From Vicugna vicugna (lineage: Eukaryota), in the NCBI GenBank assembly GCA_013265495.1, contig MU058384.1, positions 5,576,792 through 5,640,791 on the forward strand: DNA of 64,000 nt. Direction: 5' to 3'. Made by a program: the position numbers and the translations under genes. The notes below the pieces were generated by a model. The model was not told where the DNA came from, searched no databases, and saw nothing but the letters and a program-made list of their open reading frames with translations. Positions 1 to 11,451 of this stretch are shown piece by piece. How positions within the stretch are numbered: position 1 is the first letter of the stretch; each line of letters opens with the position of its first letter.

Positions 1-469
1 CTATGGGGCCAAATGAAATTTGATTTACAGATAAAATAAATTTCTACCAATGAGGAACGAAGTACCTATCAACCGTCTCTTTCTTTTTAATACGGTGCAC
101 ATGAAGTCTTATGTAACCTTGCCATTTTATCCTGACTCCATCTGGCAAAATGAAATATATTTTGTGAAAGAGAGATTCATTTTAAGACAAAAACATCATT
201 TTGGTGTTTGGATCAGTCAGCCAATGTACTAGTGATCATATAATTGAGTAATTTAACTTGCCACTAAAATAACTACCTTTGTTTACTTGTTGCCATGATG
301 CTGGGCTAAATCTCATACTGTGTCATCATGATCTTCTAAGTACAAAAGAGAATTGCTCCTCTATTTGGCCCTTCAGGGTTAAAAGTCACAATGTGATTGT
401 TTAATATACATTGCACCTCCAGGGTCTTTTACTTGGATAAAGTAAAATATATTCTATTCTAGTCTAATC

Positions 470-889
470 TAATGATTTAATGAAAGGCACTATTCACAAA
501 GATAGGGGCGGGGTGGACTAAAAACACAAACGATGAAGCAGGATCCCAAGGCAAGGTACAGGAGAACTCTTATCACCTAGTGCAAAGGCACTAGGTGATG
601 GAGAGAGAGGGAAGGAGAGAGGGTCATCTTGAGAAGAGCTGGAAACTTGGGTTAAGGCATGTGGTCAGAACACTTTGACTTCAAAAGGAAGAAGCCAGAT
701 TGAATAAATACCCCAGCTTCATTCTCTTCTCTCTGTTCAGTTTCCTGCAGGGGCTTCTCATTGGCAGAATCCAGGCAGAAGCCAGCAATTGAAGGAGCAC
801 ATTTAAGTCATCTGTATAGGTGGGGGCACAGAGCAGACAGAGAAGGGCCGATTGTGGGTCTGAAGGATGAACTGAAAACAGTCAACACA
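470..889 (-). mobile_element. ERVL-class LTR remnant (related to 21274-21720)
   Basis: Shared motifs (ggggcttctcattggcagaatccaggcagaagccag; gggcacagagcag; terminal aacaca). Confidence 0.6.
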
Positions 890-1099
890 CCACTTTATTG
901 AGCCCACAAGGGAGGCAGCTGAAGATTGAAGCGGGTGCTGAGGAAGTCAGAGTAGAGACAAAGTGCCCAGGGACTGATGACAAGCAACTCTAAAGTCTAC
1001 GCTACTCAGGACTCTTTGCTGTCAGGCAACAACTTTCCATATTGTTCAAGCCGGTTGAAGTCATAGGAGCTGGAATCTACCACAGAAACTGTCTTGACT

Positions 1100-1372
1100 C
1101 TGCTTTTTCAGATTGCAAGAGGTAACCCGTTAGTGGGTGGCAAAATCAGTTTAGTAGGTTAAAAATCAGCACTTTTTAAAAATGGAAGGGGAAAGAAAGG
1201 AGAAAAACTAGAATAGGTAAGAGTGCACTCACACTAAAAGAATAAATACCTTTTCATGAAACTTATTTCAGTCATATGTGTGACATATACACATACATAC
1301 TTACCTTAGACATGTGCAATGTGTTTCTTGCTATGAGGCATGGTTTAAAATAAAAAGGTTTGAAAGTCAGTC
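1100..1372. mobile_element. hAT-Charlie-type MITE
   Basis: ttttcagattg...ccgttagtgggtggcaaaatcagtttagtagg...aggtttgaaagtcag. Confidence 0.6.
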
Positions 1373-2035
1373 TGCTAACTGACAGAACATGCTTCTCCCT
1401 CAGAAACTTCTTCTCAGGAGTATTAAGCATTCAGGGAATCGCGTCAGCATCAGAAGCCTGCAGGCATGTTCGGGAGCACAGCAGTCTGTAATTATAGCTT
1501 CAGGAATTCCCTGTCTGGGAAAAATAGGCCTCCTGGTTCAAGAGGCTACAGTTGTCTCCATGGCAATACAGTGTTTCTCTCTTATTTTAATTTTTTTAAT
1601 ATCCAATGTGTTTTCAAAGTTTTGCCACTTTCTATGCAAACAAACTCCCCACTCCTAATTCCTGCAGATACTGAAGCATGATTTGAGTTCCAACTTATCA
1701 GTAACTGACATCTTTTATCCTGATTTTAAAGTTCTCTTTAAGAGAGGACGGCTGGGAGTTTTCCTTACAGGGAGTTTTCCCTTTCACAGGCCCTTGTTTT
1801 AAGATTTCTCCTCCCGATCAAACTCACTGTACTAGTAGGGACTTACTCTAACAGTCCTGGCAAATACAAACAGTGCCCAGATATCTGCTAGTAAAACACT
1901 GAACAAAGGTTTAAACTCATTTTTGAAAGATTAAAATGCAGGAATTTTCAGTTCGCTTTATTGTCAAACAATCATCCTTTTGTCTAGTGACATAAAGGTT
2001 TTGAAACTAAGGGGTTTAGAGAAGATGTGTAAGCG

Positions 2036-2612
2036 TCAGTGCCCTTAGGAATGCTTTCAGCTGCAAGTAAGAGAAATGTAATAAACACATTCAATTATCT
2101 CAGCTAACAAGTTGTCCAGAGGTAGGCATGCTCCCATTTTGGGAGCAGTAGCTAAAAATGGCATCCAGTGTTCAGGCTCTTTTTATATTTCCACCCTGCC
2201 ATTTTTAGTACATTAGCATTTTATCCAGTCATCTTCTCGCTTCCTGGTTACAGGAAGATGGACATAGCTACAAACAAGTTATCCTCACTTAGCTATTTTC
2301 GAGACAAAAAGAAAGGCTTAGAGGTCAAAGGACTTTTCACAAGTCTTTATATTTTTAACCTGGGAAGAACTCTTTCCTAGAAGCTCCTTCTCCCAACAGA
2401 TTCCCTGACATCTTTTCAGCCAGAACTTGGTCACATGCCAAACACTAGACCAACTGCTGGCCAACAGGAACCAAATTACCATGACTGGCTAAGATCCGTG
2501 AGATTCATTCCCTGGAGATCACCACCTGCCTTGAGATTTAGGAATCTGAATGAAATCCGGATTCTGTTGGCTTGTAGAAAGGAAATGGTTGTTGGATAAG
2601 TGCCTTTCATAA
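2036..2612 (-). mobile_element. Old MaLR LTR (MLT1-type)
   Basis: gctttcagctgcaagtaagagaaa start; cagaacttggtcacatgcc; aattaccatgactggcta. Confidence 0.7.
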
Positions 2613-3744
2613 CATCTTCCTCCTCTCAGTCTGCTAACAAAATTGGACTGCCTCATCACAGCAGGCTCAATGACTTTTGTAATGTCAGATCATTTGGAAG
2701 GCTCTTGGGAAAAGAGGTCACTGGTGTGCTTTCTCCACACTGAGTAAACTTTTGGAAACTGTGGAAACAGAAACAAATGACCTAACATCCTTAAAACTTA
2801 GCATCAGCAGGAGAAGCTTTAACCAAAAATTTTCTATGGCAAATGCCTACTAGAGTGAGACCTATGCTGTACAGACTTAAATGTTCAGGTACATGGGTCA
2901 ATTAGAATGAAGGGCTGAGGACAGCTCAGGTTTGGTTTTGATCCTCCGTACGTCTATATTATGCAAAATCTTAAGAGCAATTCCAATCGGCTCTATTATG
3001 TGCCCATGTATATATCCATGTTACCATACATATACAACAAAGACTAAATTAGTTGTTCTTCTGGTTGACACACATCTGAAAATACCTCCCCACAAGGTCA
3101 TTTCACTAGTTAGAACAAAATACCAAAAAAAAAAAAAAATCCTGGTGAAATCAAAACTGTTCCCTTGCATAATGAAAATCTTGCTTAGAGTCTCTTGTAG
3201 AAACTGGCTCCTTTTCTTTCTTTTTTCCTTCTTTTTTTTTTTTTCCTGGGAGATCTGATCTATTAAAACTGAGTACCTGATCAGTATTCCACTAAATGTT
3301 CAAATTATCAGATAAGTTTTCTAGTCTGAATAGCAGTCATTCTTGCACTGTCAAAAACTCAGAGAAGTTACTATATGACAAATTACTAGCACCACTCATT
3401 TCATGTTTGAACTTGCCTTGGACTAAGATGTCCATGCTTACAGATATTATGTGAGGATAACAGCCAATAGATATAGATCACTTACTCTAGGGGGTATGGT
3501 GCTAGACTTTTCCAGACATGTTCTCATTTGATTCTCACAACTCTGGGAAGTAGGCATTATTTTCAAAATTGTACATATGAGGTAACTTCTTAGGAAGATG
3601 ATGTAAATATTCCAGTTACCAAATAATACTTTTTAATTGTCAAGTGTGTTGAAGCCATTGTTATAAATGTATTAGGTTGAACCAGATATTTTTTCATTTG
3701 CTGAAGTCCATGGAAATTAGAGTTATGATTTATTTAATTTGTTT

Positions 3745-4185
3745 AAACTACTCAAGTTCTTTGTTTACAAACAAAAGAAACAGATGCTAGTTAACTTAAG
3801 TAGAACTGAAACATGTTGGAAGAGCATGGAGTAGCTCACAGAATCAAGGGTAAACAACTGGATCATTGGAAAAATAAGAAACACAAAACTTTCCGGCATC
3901 TAGGTAGCAAGAACAGATGGACCAGTTCCTTCAGGAAAACACCATAGAGATGCTCCATTCTGGTCACTTCCTTTGGGCAAGGCTCACAATTTGAATTTCT
4001 GGAAGGCCGAATCTGATTGGCCTACCTTGGGTCACATGCCTTCCTATTTTTCAAGGGGAGGGCAGGAATCTTGATTGCTGGCACGAAATAGGGAAAGAGG
4101 AGCTCCCTGAGGGAAAAAGAAGGTGCCGCTTCCAGAAGATGGAGGAGAGGGAGCTGGGCTGGCAAAAACACGAGTTGTCCATAAC
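3745..4185 (-). mobile_element. Old MaLR LTR (MLT1-type)
   Basis: gtagctcacagaatc; atctgattggcctaccttgggtcacatgcc. Confidence 0.65.
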
Positions 4186-5035
4186 AGTTTGTGAAAGAGC
4201 TGAGTCATTTGAAACCTCAAACTGCTCCAAATCTTTTGCTCTTAATCATTTTCCTTTTTTTTTTTCCAATCACTCATTAGTAAAATAATTCAAGTGGAGA
4301 AAGGTGAGATAAATATATGATCATCATTGCCTAGGGCACGGCACTGCTGTGTACAAATTCAATGATTAATACCAGCACTCACAGAAAAGTCTCGAGGGAA
4401 TCCAATGGCAGGTCTTGCTGATGATTTTGGCGTCTTGTCTGTTATTCTCCTTTGTGCCATGGCCCGCTTCATGGGAAGCTCTGTTAGCAGCCAGACTGGT
4501 CTAATCAACCAAATCTGGTCTCATTGAGTTGCCTTAGTTCTCAATTCAATTGCAGAAGTGTATACTTCCTGTTTCCATCAGTTTGACATCAGAAAATTAA
4601 CATTATTACTACCTTTAGTGTCATCCAGCAGTTTCATTTGTGGTTCACTGTTTCAGCATCAGCCCTGGGAAACAAAATATCAACTTACATTTAAAAATTT
4701 CCAAGTTCTGTTTTGACTTAAAGATTTATTTTTCTACAAAATTTCCATGGTTTTTATGACTGTATAAAGAGACCACTCAGATTATAATATTTTGCTTTAT
4801 AAGTTAAAGGTAGGTTTCAGATTGTAAAGTAGCCATCTGAAAGTCCTTATCGTATTTTAAGATTCTCACCGTTTGATATCTTTATTCTTCAAAGCTGTAA
4901 CATATATTATTTTGAAATGCCTGAAGGCTTCATTTGGAGCTATGAAACCAAGGTTCTTTTTTTCCTTATAAAATATTGTATGTATTTTAGTGTAGCTTGG
5001 TCCTGGTGAGTAAAACCAAGTAACTAAAATCTAGC

Positions 5036-5238
5036 AAAGAAAAGAAAAGAAAAGAAAAGAAAAGAAAAGAAAAGAAAAGGAAAGGAAAGAAAAGGGAAGG
5101 GAAGAAAAGGGAAGGGAAGGAAAGGTATGGAAAGGTATGGAAAGGTATGGAAAGGGAAGAAAAGGGATGGAAAGGACAGGAAAGGAAAGAGGAAGAGGAG
5201 AGGAGAGGAGAGGAAAGGAAAGGAAAGGAAAAAAGAGA
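5036..5238. repeat. Compound polypurine pentanucleotide microsatellite (AAAAG)n/(GGAAA)n/(GGAGA)n
   Basis: Directly visible. Confidence 0.97.
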
Positions 5239-5353
5239 CAAGAAAAAAATAATATAAGAATTATCCTTCAAGACCGATTGTTGAACCTGTCAGGACATGC
5301 GGTAGGGTACACATCTACACACACAGCCTCAATGGATGGCAAAGATAATTACA

Positions 5354-5474
5354 GGGCGGGGGAGGTTATAGCTCAGTGGTAGAGTGCATGCCTAGCATGC
5401 ACGAGGTCCTGGGCTCAAACCCCAGTACCTCCATTAAAAATAAATAAATAAACCTCATCACCCACCCTCCAAAA
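5354..5474 (+). mobile_element. Camelid tRNA-Ala-derived SINE (Vic-1 type)
   Basis: ggggaggttatagctcagtggtagagtgcatgcctagcatgcacgaggtcctgggctcaaaccccagtacctcca plus A-rich tail; 12-bp TSD aaagataattac at 5341-5352 and 5475-5486. Confidence 0.92.
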
Positions 5475-5649
5475 AAAGATAATTACTACTAAAAATAAAC
5501 ATAAGTTTGTGAAGATGAAAGAATCAAGGGTAAAAAGGAACCATGACATTGTTCCAACAAAATGGACTCTGGCTATGCTCTGTTGAAGAATTTAATAGGA
5601 ATCCATTTCCTGTTTTTGAAAGGGGCATCTGAAGGTTCAGTTAGACTTA

Positions 5650-5870
5650 CTGAGTAGGAGGGCTGAGGATGCTGCTCTAGATCGAGGCTCTGGGAGTTCC
5701 AACCCCAACTCTGCCACTGAGTAGCAATTTGAGCCCGATCAAGTAATACCACACTATTTCTGTGGGTCCTAAGTTCTCATATGTAAAATGGGGAAAATAA
5801 AACCACCTACCGTATTTTCTGTGTGTGTGAGAGCATACTTCCAAGGTACTTAGCACGGTCCTGCACTTTA
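5650..5870 (+). mobile_element. MIR
   Basis: ctctgccact...ttctcatatgtaaaatgggg core. Confidence 0.7.
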
Positions 5871-6981
5871 CATTATTATATCTGTGTATAAGATATTATG
5901 GAACCATAAAATGTATGTTGTAGGATCTACTGACATGAGGAAATGTCTGTTATAAAATAGTATATACAGCATGAGTCTATTTTTTATAAGCTATATATAT
6001 TCATTAACAAAAGAAGCTTATATAATATAATGTTAACAGTAGTTATCTCTAAGTGGTAGGGTTATCTTTGAGCGATAGGATTACAGGGAAAAAAATCACT
6101 ATAAATACAACTAATTTTTTTTTTTAATGTTTTGAAGTGGGAAAGATCAGATCAAGCAGAAAAGGGCTTTTCCTATTATGAAGGTCAGGATCAAAGGAAA
6201 ACTGGCCAGGTCACAGAGGAGTTAAAAAAATATGAAATTCAGTCCATTGTACCTGCAGGGAAAGGAAAATAAAGTAGGATTCAGATTCAAGTGTGTGTTT
6301 AGATCTTAACCGCAAAACAATAATTGTGTGACCATATGTAAGCAATTTAATGTCTATGACCTTCAGTTCCCTGTTTGTAAATTAAGGCTGGTTGATGCCT
6401 GTCATGGAGACTTGATGAATTATGTAAAGAGTTAGGCACATAGTGTGCATTCAATAAAGGTATCCTACAAAGCGGCCAATTTATCATCTTCATTACTCAT
6501 TAAATGAAAAAATATACATATTTTATATAACTTCCTGCCATAAGCTGGAATTTAAGTAAGCTTGTGAATATAATAAATAACTCAATAATCTATATTCCTT
6601 TTATTAGTGTTTGACTCCAAAGGGTAAGACTGGGCTCCGTTTTTAAAAGAGACTATTTATTTCTACCTGATCTTTATTATAACTACTATCTACATGATTA
6701 AAAAAAAAAAAAAACCAAGATGCTACGCAAACCAAGTCTTAATTTATTTAGAAAAAAAGATTTAGTTTTTTTTTTTAATGAAGTAATTGTAATTCTATTA
6801 TTTACTCTGGCCCTTCGTGCCACCAACCTTGACATATTAAGCATTATTTCCATTGTTTTCAGGTTTCATGCCTATTTAACCTGATGGTCAAATGACATCT
6901 AAGTAAAAGATGTGGGGAGGTGACGAGAAAGAAAAAAGTCACTCTATCATTACCTGATCCCAAACCTCATTACTCTTAAAA

Positions 6982-7128
6982 GTTGTGCTTCTCAAATTTT
7001 AGTGTGTATGTGAATCCTCTGGGCATCTGACTCAGTGGGTCTGGAATAGGGTCTGTGATTCTGCTTCTAATGAGCTCCCAGGTGATGCCGAAGCTACTGG
7101 TCCATGGACCAGTCTTTGAGTAGCAGAC
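6982..7128. mobile_element. MER5A-type hAT-Charlie MITE
   Basis: cttctcaaatttta...ctgactcagtgggtctgg...gctcccaggtgatgcc...ggtccatggacca...tttgagtagca. Confidence 0.8.
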
Positions 7129-7735
7129 TCTAAAAGCGCTCTGGTCAACAGTGTATCTGTCCTAAAATCTCCTATATTATAGGGGACATAAATTGAGGAA
7201 AATGGAAATTTCTTATGATATCAGTCTCCCCCACCCAGTATTATTTTTAATGATTTTAAGCTTCCGCTCCTTTTGTTCCTGCTGACTTGCTTTCTAAAGT
7301 CCACCTCCAGCTGGTAAGATGCTACTTGTCCTTTAAGTTTCATCTCCAAAGCTATGTCTTCTGGGACAAGACCTGACCAGTGCATGGTGACAGCTAGGTC
7401 CTTGACAAGTCCCTACAGGCTGAATGGGACATTTCTGGTCCCATTGGCATCTCTGCCCATCCTCATTTGACTCACCTTCTCAGATTCCATCAAAGGGCCA
7501 CAAGGGGAGCCTTGGGAAAGGCAGGATGCCTTTTTAGGCACATTTCTCCCAGTCAGGCATTTCCCTAAATTCTGCAATTTTTCAGGACCCTATAGTCCAC
7601 TTAGCCAAGAGGATCAGTGGGTTTTTACCCTTCACCTTTTGCATAGTCTTTTGAGTTCCTTGAAAGGAAGATACTTATAAAAATACAAAGTGAGATACAA
7701 ACATCCAAATAACACAGTAAGATTAACAGAGCTGT

Positions 7736-7881
7736 TTCCTTTGCTTGTATTGTTTGTTTTATGAAGGGGAGGTAATTAGGTTTATTCATTAATTTCTGCT
7801 TGGAGGAGGTACTGGGGATTGAACCCAGGATTTCTTGCATGCTGAGCATGCACTCTATCACTTGAGCTATACCCTTCCCCC
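7736..7881 (-). mobile_element. Camelid tRNA-Ala-derived SINE (Vic-1 type)
   Basis: Reverse-complement tRNA-like head with B box; TSD aacagagctgt at 7725-7735 and 7882-7892. Confidence 0.92.
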
Positions 7882-7999
7882 AACAGAGCTGTCTTCTTTA
7901 AAACATAAAAGTTCTGAAGCCACTGAAGCTCTTTTCTTTGTGGCAAGGACAAACTCAAACGTTCTGGCCAAAGTCCTGGCAAATCCATGACTTATCTGA

Positions 8000-8175
8000 G
8001 CAGGGCAGCAGTTAGCCACCCTCCCACATGGGAATGCCCCCTAAGGCTGCCAGATTTCCCAGATGCCAGAAATCTTGATTTTTACATGAAATCTCCCACA
8101 TCAACAAATCCATTTTTTTGGTTGTTGTTTAAACACAGTGAAAGCCCAACCAAATAAATCTATGGATCAGGTGCA
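8000..8175. mobile_element. hAT-Charlie (MER102-like) fragment
   Basis: ggctgccagat...gccagaaatcttgatttttacatgaaatctccc; a reverse-oriented relative at ~47825-48062. Confidence 0.5.
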
Positions 8176-9342
8176 GCTGGTTGAGGGCACACAGGGAGGA
8201 GCATGTGATTTTTTTATTTCATTTGATTTAAAGTGACTGTGCTTTTCAAATAATTTTCCCTTCCGGTCTGTTGAAATCAATCAGAGTCGACTGAAAAGCT
8301 TACCAGTGCTGGACCTAGTCTGTACTTGGTGACAGCTTTCCTCTTAAACTGAGATTGAGCAATAATGTTCAGCCTCGCTCAAGACACCTTTACCCTTCGT
8401 ACACATAAACTTACATATGTGCCCAGAATCACCCAGAAGCATCAGGAAATTCTGGTTCCTATGGCTGCATCCACTGATAGCCTATTGCTTCTCCTGGCTT
8501 TCCTTTCAGAAGACGGCTGCCGTGTGGCCTGAGGAATCAAGGCTGGGTGAGCACATCTGCTTCTGACCAAAGACTCTGTGGGCAGTGTAGCATCTGATTC
8601 TGATCTGAAGGTGAAGCACCTTCTCAAGTCCAGCAGGTGATACAAAAATCTCTAGATATTTAGGCTTAGAAAGCCAAAGGGAAATCTATGACACCTAGCC
8701 GGGCTGACTAGCACATGGGAAGGAGAAAATTAGTGGGTGTGTCAGCAACACATTTCATATCATCTTTAACCAACAGTATCCTGCAAATCTAATGACTACA
8801 CCTGTAAGAATATTATACTCACGGTGCCAAAGACACTATTTTTGTTGCTTTCATTTTTGTGTTTTTTTCCCATTTTTATCTTTGTTTTTCAGATGAGAAA
8901 ACAACCACCTAGGTTTCCAAAATAAGGACTTCATATCTTATACACCTTGGAATTCTCCTTGTAATTTGTCAGTTGAACAGATGTGTGAATACATTGTCTT
9001 AAGTCACGGAGGCCAGAACAATGACTTTTTTCTACTCTGTCCCGTGTACAGGGTAACAAGTCACAGGTGCTCATTTGCTGCACATAACAATGAATGAACA
9101 GCAGTGAATGAATAACAATGAATAAGCAAGAGTTTAAAAGCTTCTTTTGATCACTAATGAGCAATGTAATATTTCCAATGTAATAATTGTCATAAAAGTA
9201 TCATTAATACATGGTATTATGAGAATATAAAATAGGAGGATTGGATCTAGTCAGAGATATTGGTGAAGTTTTCCTTAGGGAAGAGATAAAGGATATATAG
9301 GGCTGTTCATTAGGAAAGAAGGGTAAACAGCATATTCTGGGT

Positions 9343-9566
9343 CAGGAGTCAGCAAATTACAGCCCATAGGCCAAATCCAGCTCATCACATATTTTTATAA
9401 ATATGAATTTGATTGAATGACAGCCACACTCACTCATTTGCACAGCATCTGTGGCTGCCTTTGGCTTAAGATTCCAAACTCAAGAAGTTGGGAAAGAAAT
9501 CACATGGTTTGCAAAGTCTAAAATATTCATTCTCTGAACCTTTACAAAAAACATTTTATTGACGTA
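9343..9566. mobile_element. MER58A-type hAT MITE inside an L2; partly duplicated downstream
   Basis: caggagtcagcaaattacagcccataggccaaatccagc...cagccacactc...tgtggctgcc...tctaaaatatt...ctttacaaaaaa. Confidence 0.8.
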
Positions 9567-9889
9567 TATTCTAGGATATGCAAAAGCCCTGTGGCCGGAG
9601 CAAGGATGAGTAGGAACAACTAAGAGGAGGCCTAGGTAATCAAAAGTATGAATTTGATTGAATGACAGCCACACTCACTCGTTTGCACAGCATCTGTGGC
9701 TGCCTTTGGCTTAAGATGCCAAACTCAAGAAGTTGGGAAAGAAATCACATGGTTTGCAAAGTCTAAAATATTCATTCTCTGAACCTTTACAAAAAACATT
9801 TTATTGACGTATATTCTAGGATATGCAAAAGCCCTGTGGCCGGAGCAAGGATGAGTAGGAACAACTAAGAGGAGGCCTAGGTAATCAAA
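9402..9889. repeat. 245-bp tandem duplication, two near-identical copies (9402-9644 and 9647-9889)
   Basis: Direct comparison shows an offset of 245 and two substitutions; the two minus-strand ORFs share an identical C-terminal peptide. Confidence 0.95.
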
Positions 9890-10189
9890 GTGGGGAGAAT
9901 AAGAGCAATGGTGAGAGATGGTAAATGTGATGAAAGGTAGAGAGGTAGAAAGGTAGACAGGCGCAAACCAGGTGGTTCTGAGGGCCACATTGAGGAGTTT
10001 GAGTTTTATCCTGGAAGCAATCCAAAGCCATTGGAATATCTTAGGCGTGGAACAGGAAGAGGGTGACACAGTTGACATAATTAGTTCATATGGGAAAACC
10101 ACCGAAGCCACTCTATAACAAATGGATGGAAGGAAAGCGGAGGCAAATACAAGACTTAAGAGAATCTTGAAGGAAACCAATGTTTTGCT

Positions 10190-10822
10190 TGATATTCAAA
10201 CTACTATCAAACACCAAAATGTCATTGACATCACAANNNNNNNNNNNNNNNNNNNNNNNNNNNNNNNNNNNNNNNNNNNNNNNNNNNNNNNNNNNNNNNN
10301 NNNNNNNNNNNNNNNNNNNNNNNNNNNNNNNNNNNNNNNNNNNNNNNNNNNNNNNNNNNNNNNNNNNNNNNNNNNNNNNNNNNNNNNNNNNNNNNNNNNN
10401 NNNNNNNNNNNNNNNNNNNNNNNNNNNNNNNNNNNNNNNNNNNNNNNNNNNNNNNNNNNNNNNNNNNNNNNNNNNNNNNNNNNNNNNNNNNNNNNNNNNN
10501 NNNNNNNNNNNNNNNNNNNNNNNNNNNNNNNNNNNNNNNNNNNNNNNNNNNNNNNNNNNNNNNNNNNNNNNNNNNNNNNNNNNNNNNNNNNNNNNNNNNN
10601 NNNNNNNNNNNNNNNNCACAAATCAACTTAGTGGACTACAGTCATCATTATAAAAAAAAAAATTTTTTTAAAAAGACTGAAATATCAGAGCACACTGCAT
10701 ATAGAAAGAAAAATATTATTTAGTAGAACTTTTCTTCAGATATACACACATATACTGGATCTTAATGAGAAAAATATATTTCTTATTTGTGGGTCATGGC
10801 CAGAAAAGTTTGAAAAACACTG
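10190..10822. mobile_element. hAT-Charlie-type MITE spanning the gap
   Basis: ttcaaact (left of gap) ... aaatcaacttagtgg ... tatttcttatttgtgggtcatggccagaaaagtttgaaaaacactg; related copy at ~1100-1372. Confidence 0.65.
10237..10616. other. Assembly gap (380 N)
   Basis: Run of N. Confidence 1.
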
Positions 10823-11393
10823 GCTTATATGATAAACTGATACTCCTGTTTAATGCCAGTCTTAAGTGAAGTTCCCAGGTAGTCATTTTTATCAATAGAT
10901 AATCTACACATTACTTCAGTTGATCTGCTCAAATTTTTATCTTTGTTATGATCAATAATGTGTTTTTGCAGATGAATATTTAGCAACACTTACTTGGTTT
11001 TCACTCAGAGAATTAAAAAAAGTGCATATTCAGTTCATAATCAACAAATACATTTAGTGAAAGGTAACTCCTAAATTAAAAAATAAAAGCAAACAAAAAA
11101 ACAACCTCAAAAGAAAATCAATTAGAAGAAGAAATTCAACCATAGGACACAAACCAGTGGACAAAAAAAAACCAAAAGATTCATCACGAATCTATTTCCT
11201 CTTCTGTGTGCAGTGACCCAGAGCAGTGATAGAAATTAAAAGGCCTGACCTGCTGTTTCTGTACCTGAGAAATAGTTAACATAAAATATCCTGATGACAG
11301 TCGATTTGGTTTGGGGGAAACAAAACAGACGCCTATTCACTTAAACAATTTTGTTCCTGCACTTCATTCATTCCTTATCGAAGTGACTCTTTA

Positions 11394-11451
11394 ACACACA
11401 CACACACACACACACACGCACGCACGCACACACGCACGCACGCACGCACGC
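11394..11451. repeat. (CA)n-(CGCA)n compound microsatellite
   Basis: Directly visible. Confidence 0.97.

Noticed and set aside
4987..5382. Hydrophobic (FLFFS) and basic (RKGKE) ORFs
   Set aside because: Translations of the polypurine microsatellite.
5358..5433. Possible tRNA-Ala(AGC) gene (also the other seven copies)
   Set aside because: A-rich tails, TSDs, an out-of-register acceptor stem and, in this copy, a mutated B box identify them as SINEs, not tRNA genes.
10113..10653. ORFs of 131-169 aa
   Set aside because: Artefacts of the N gap (poly-X).
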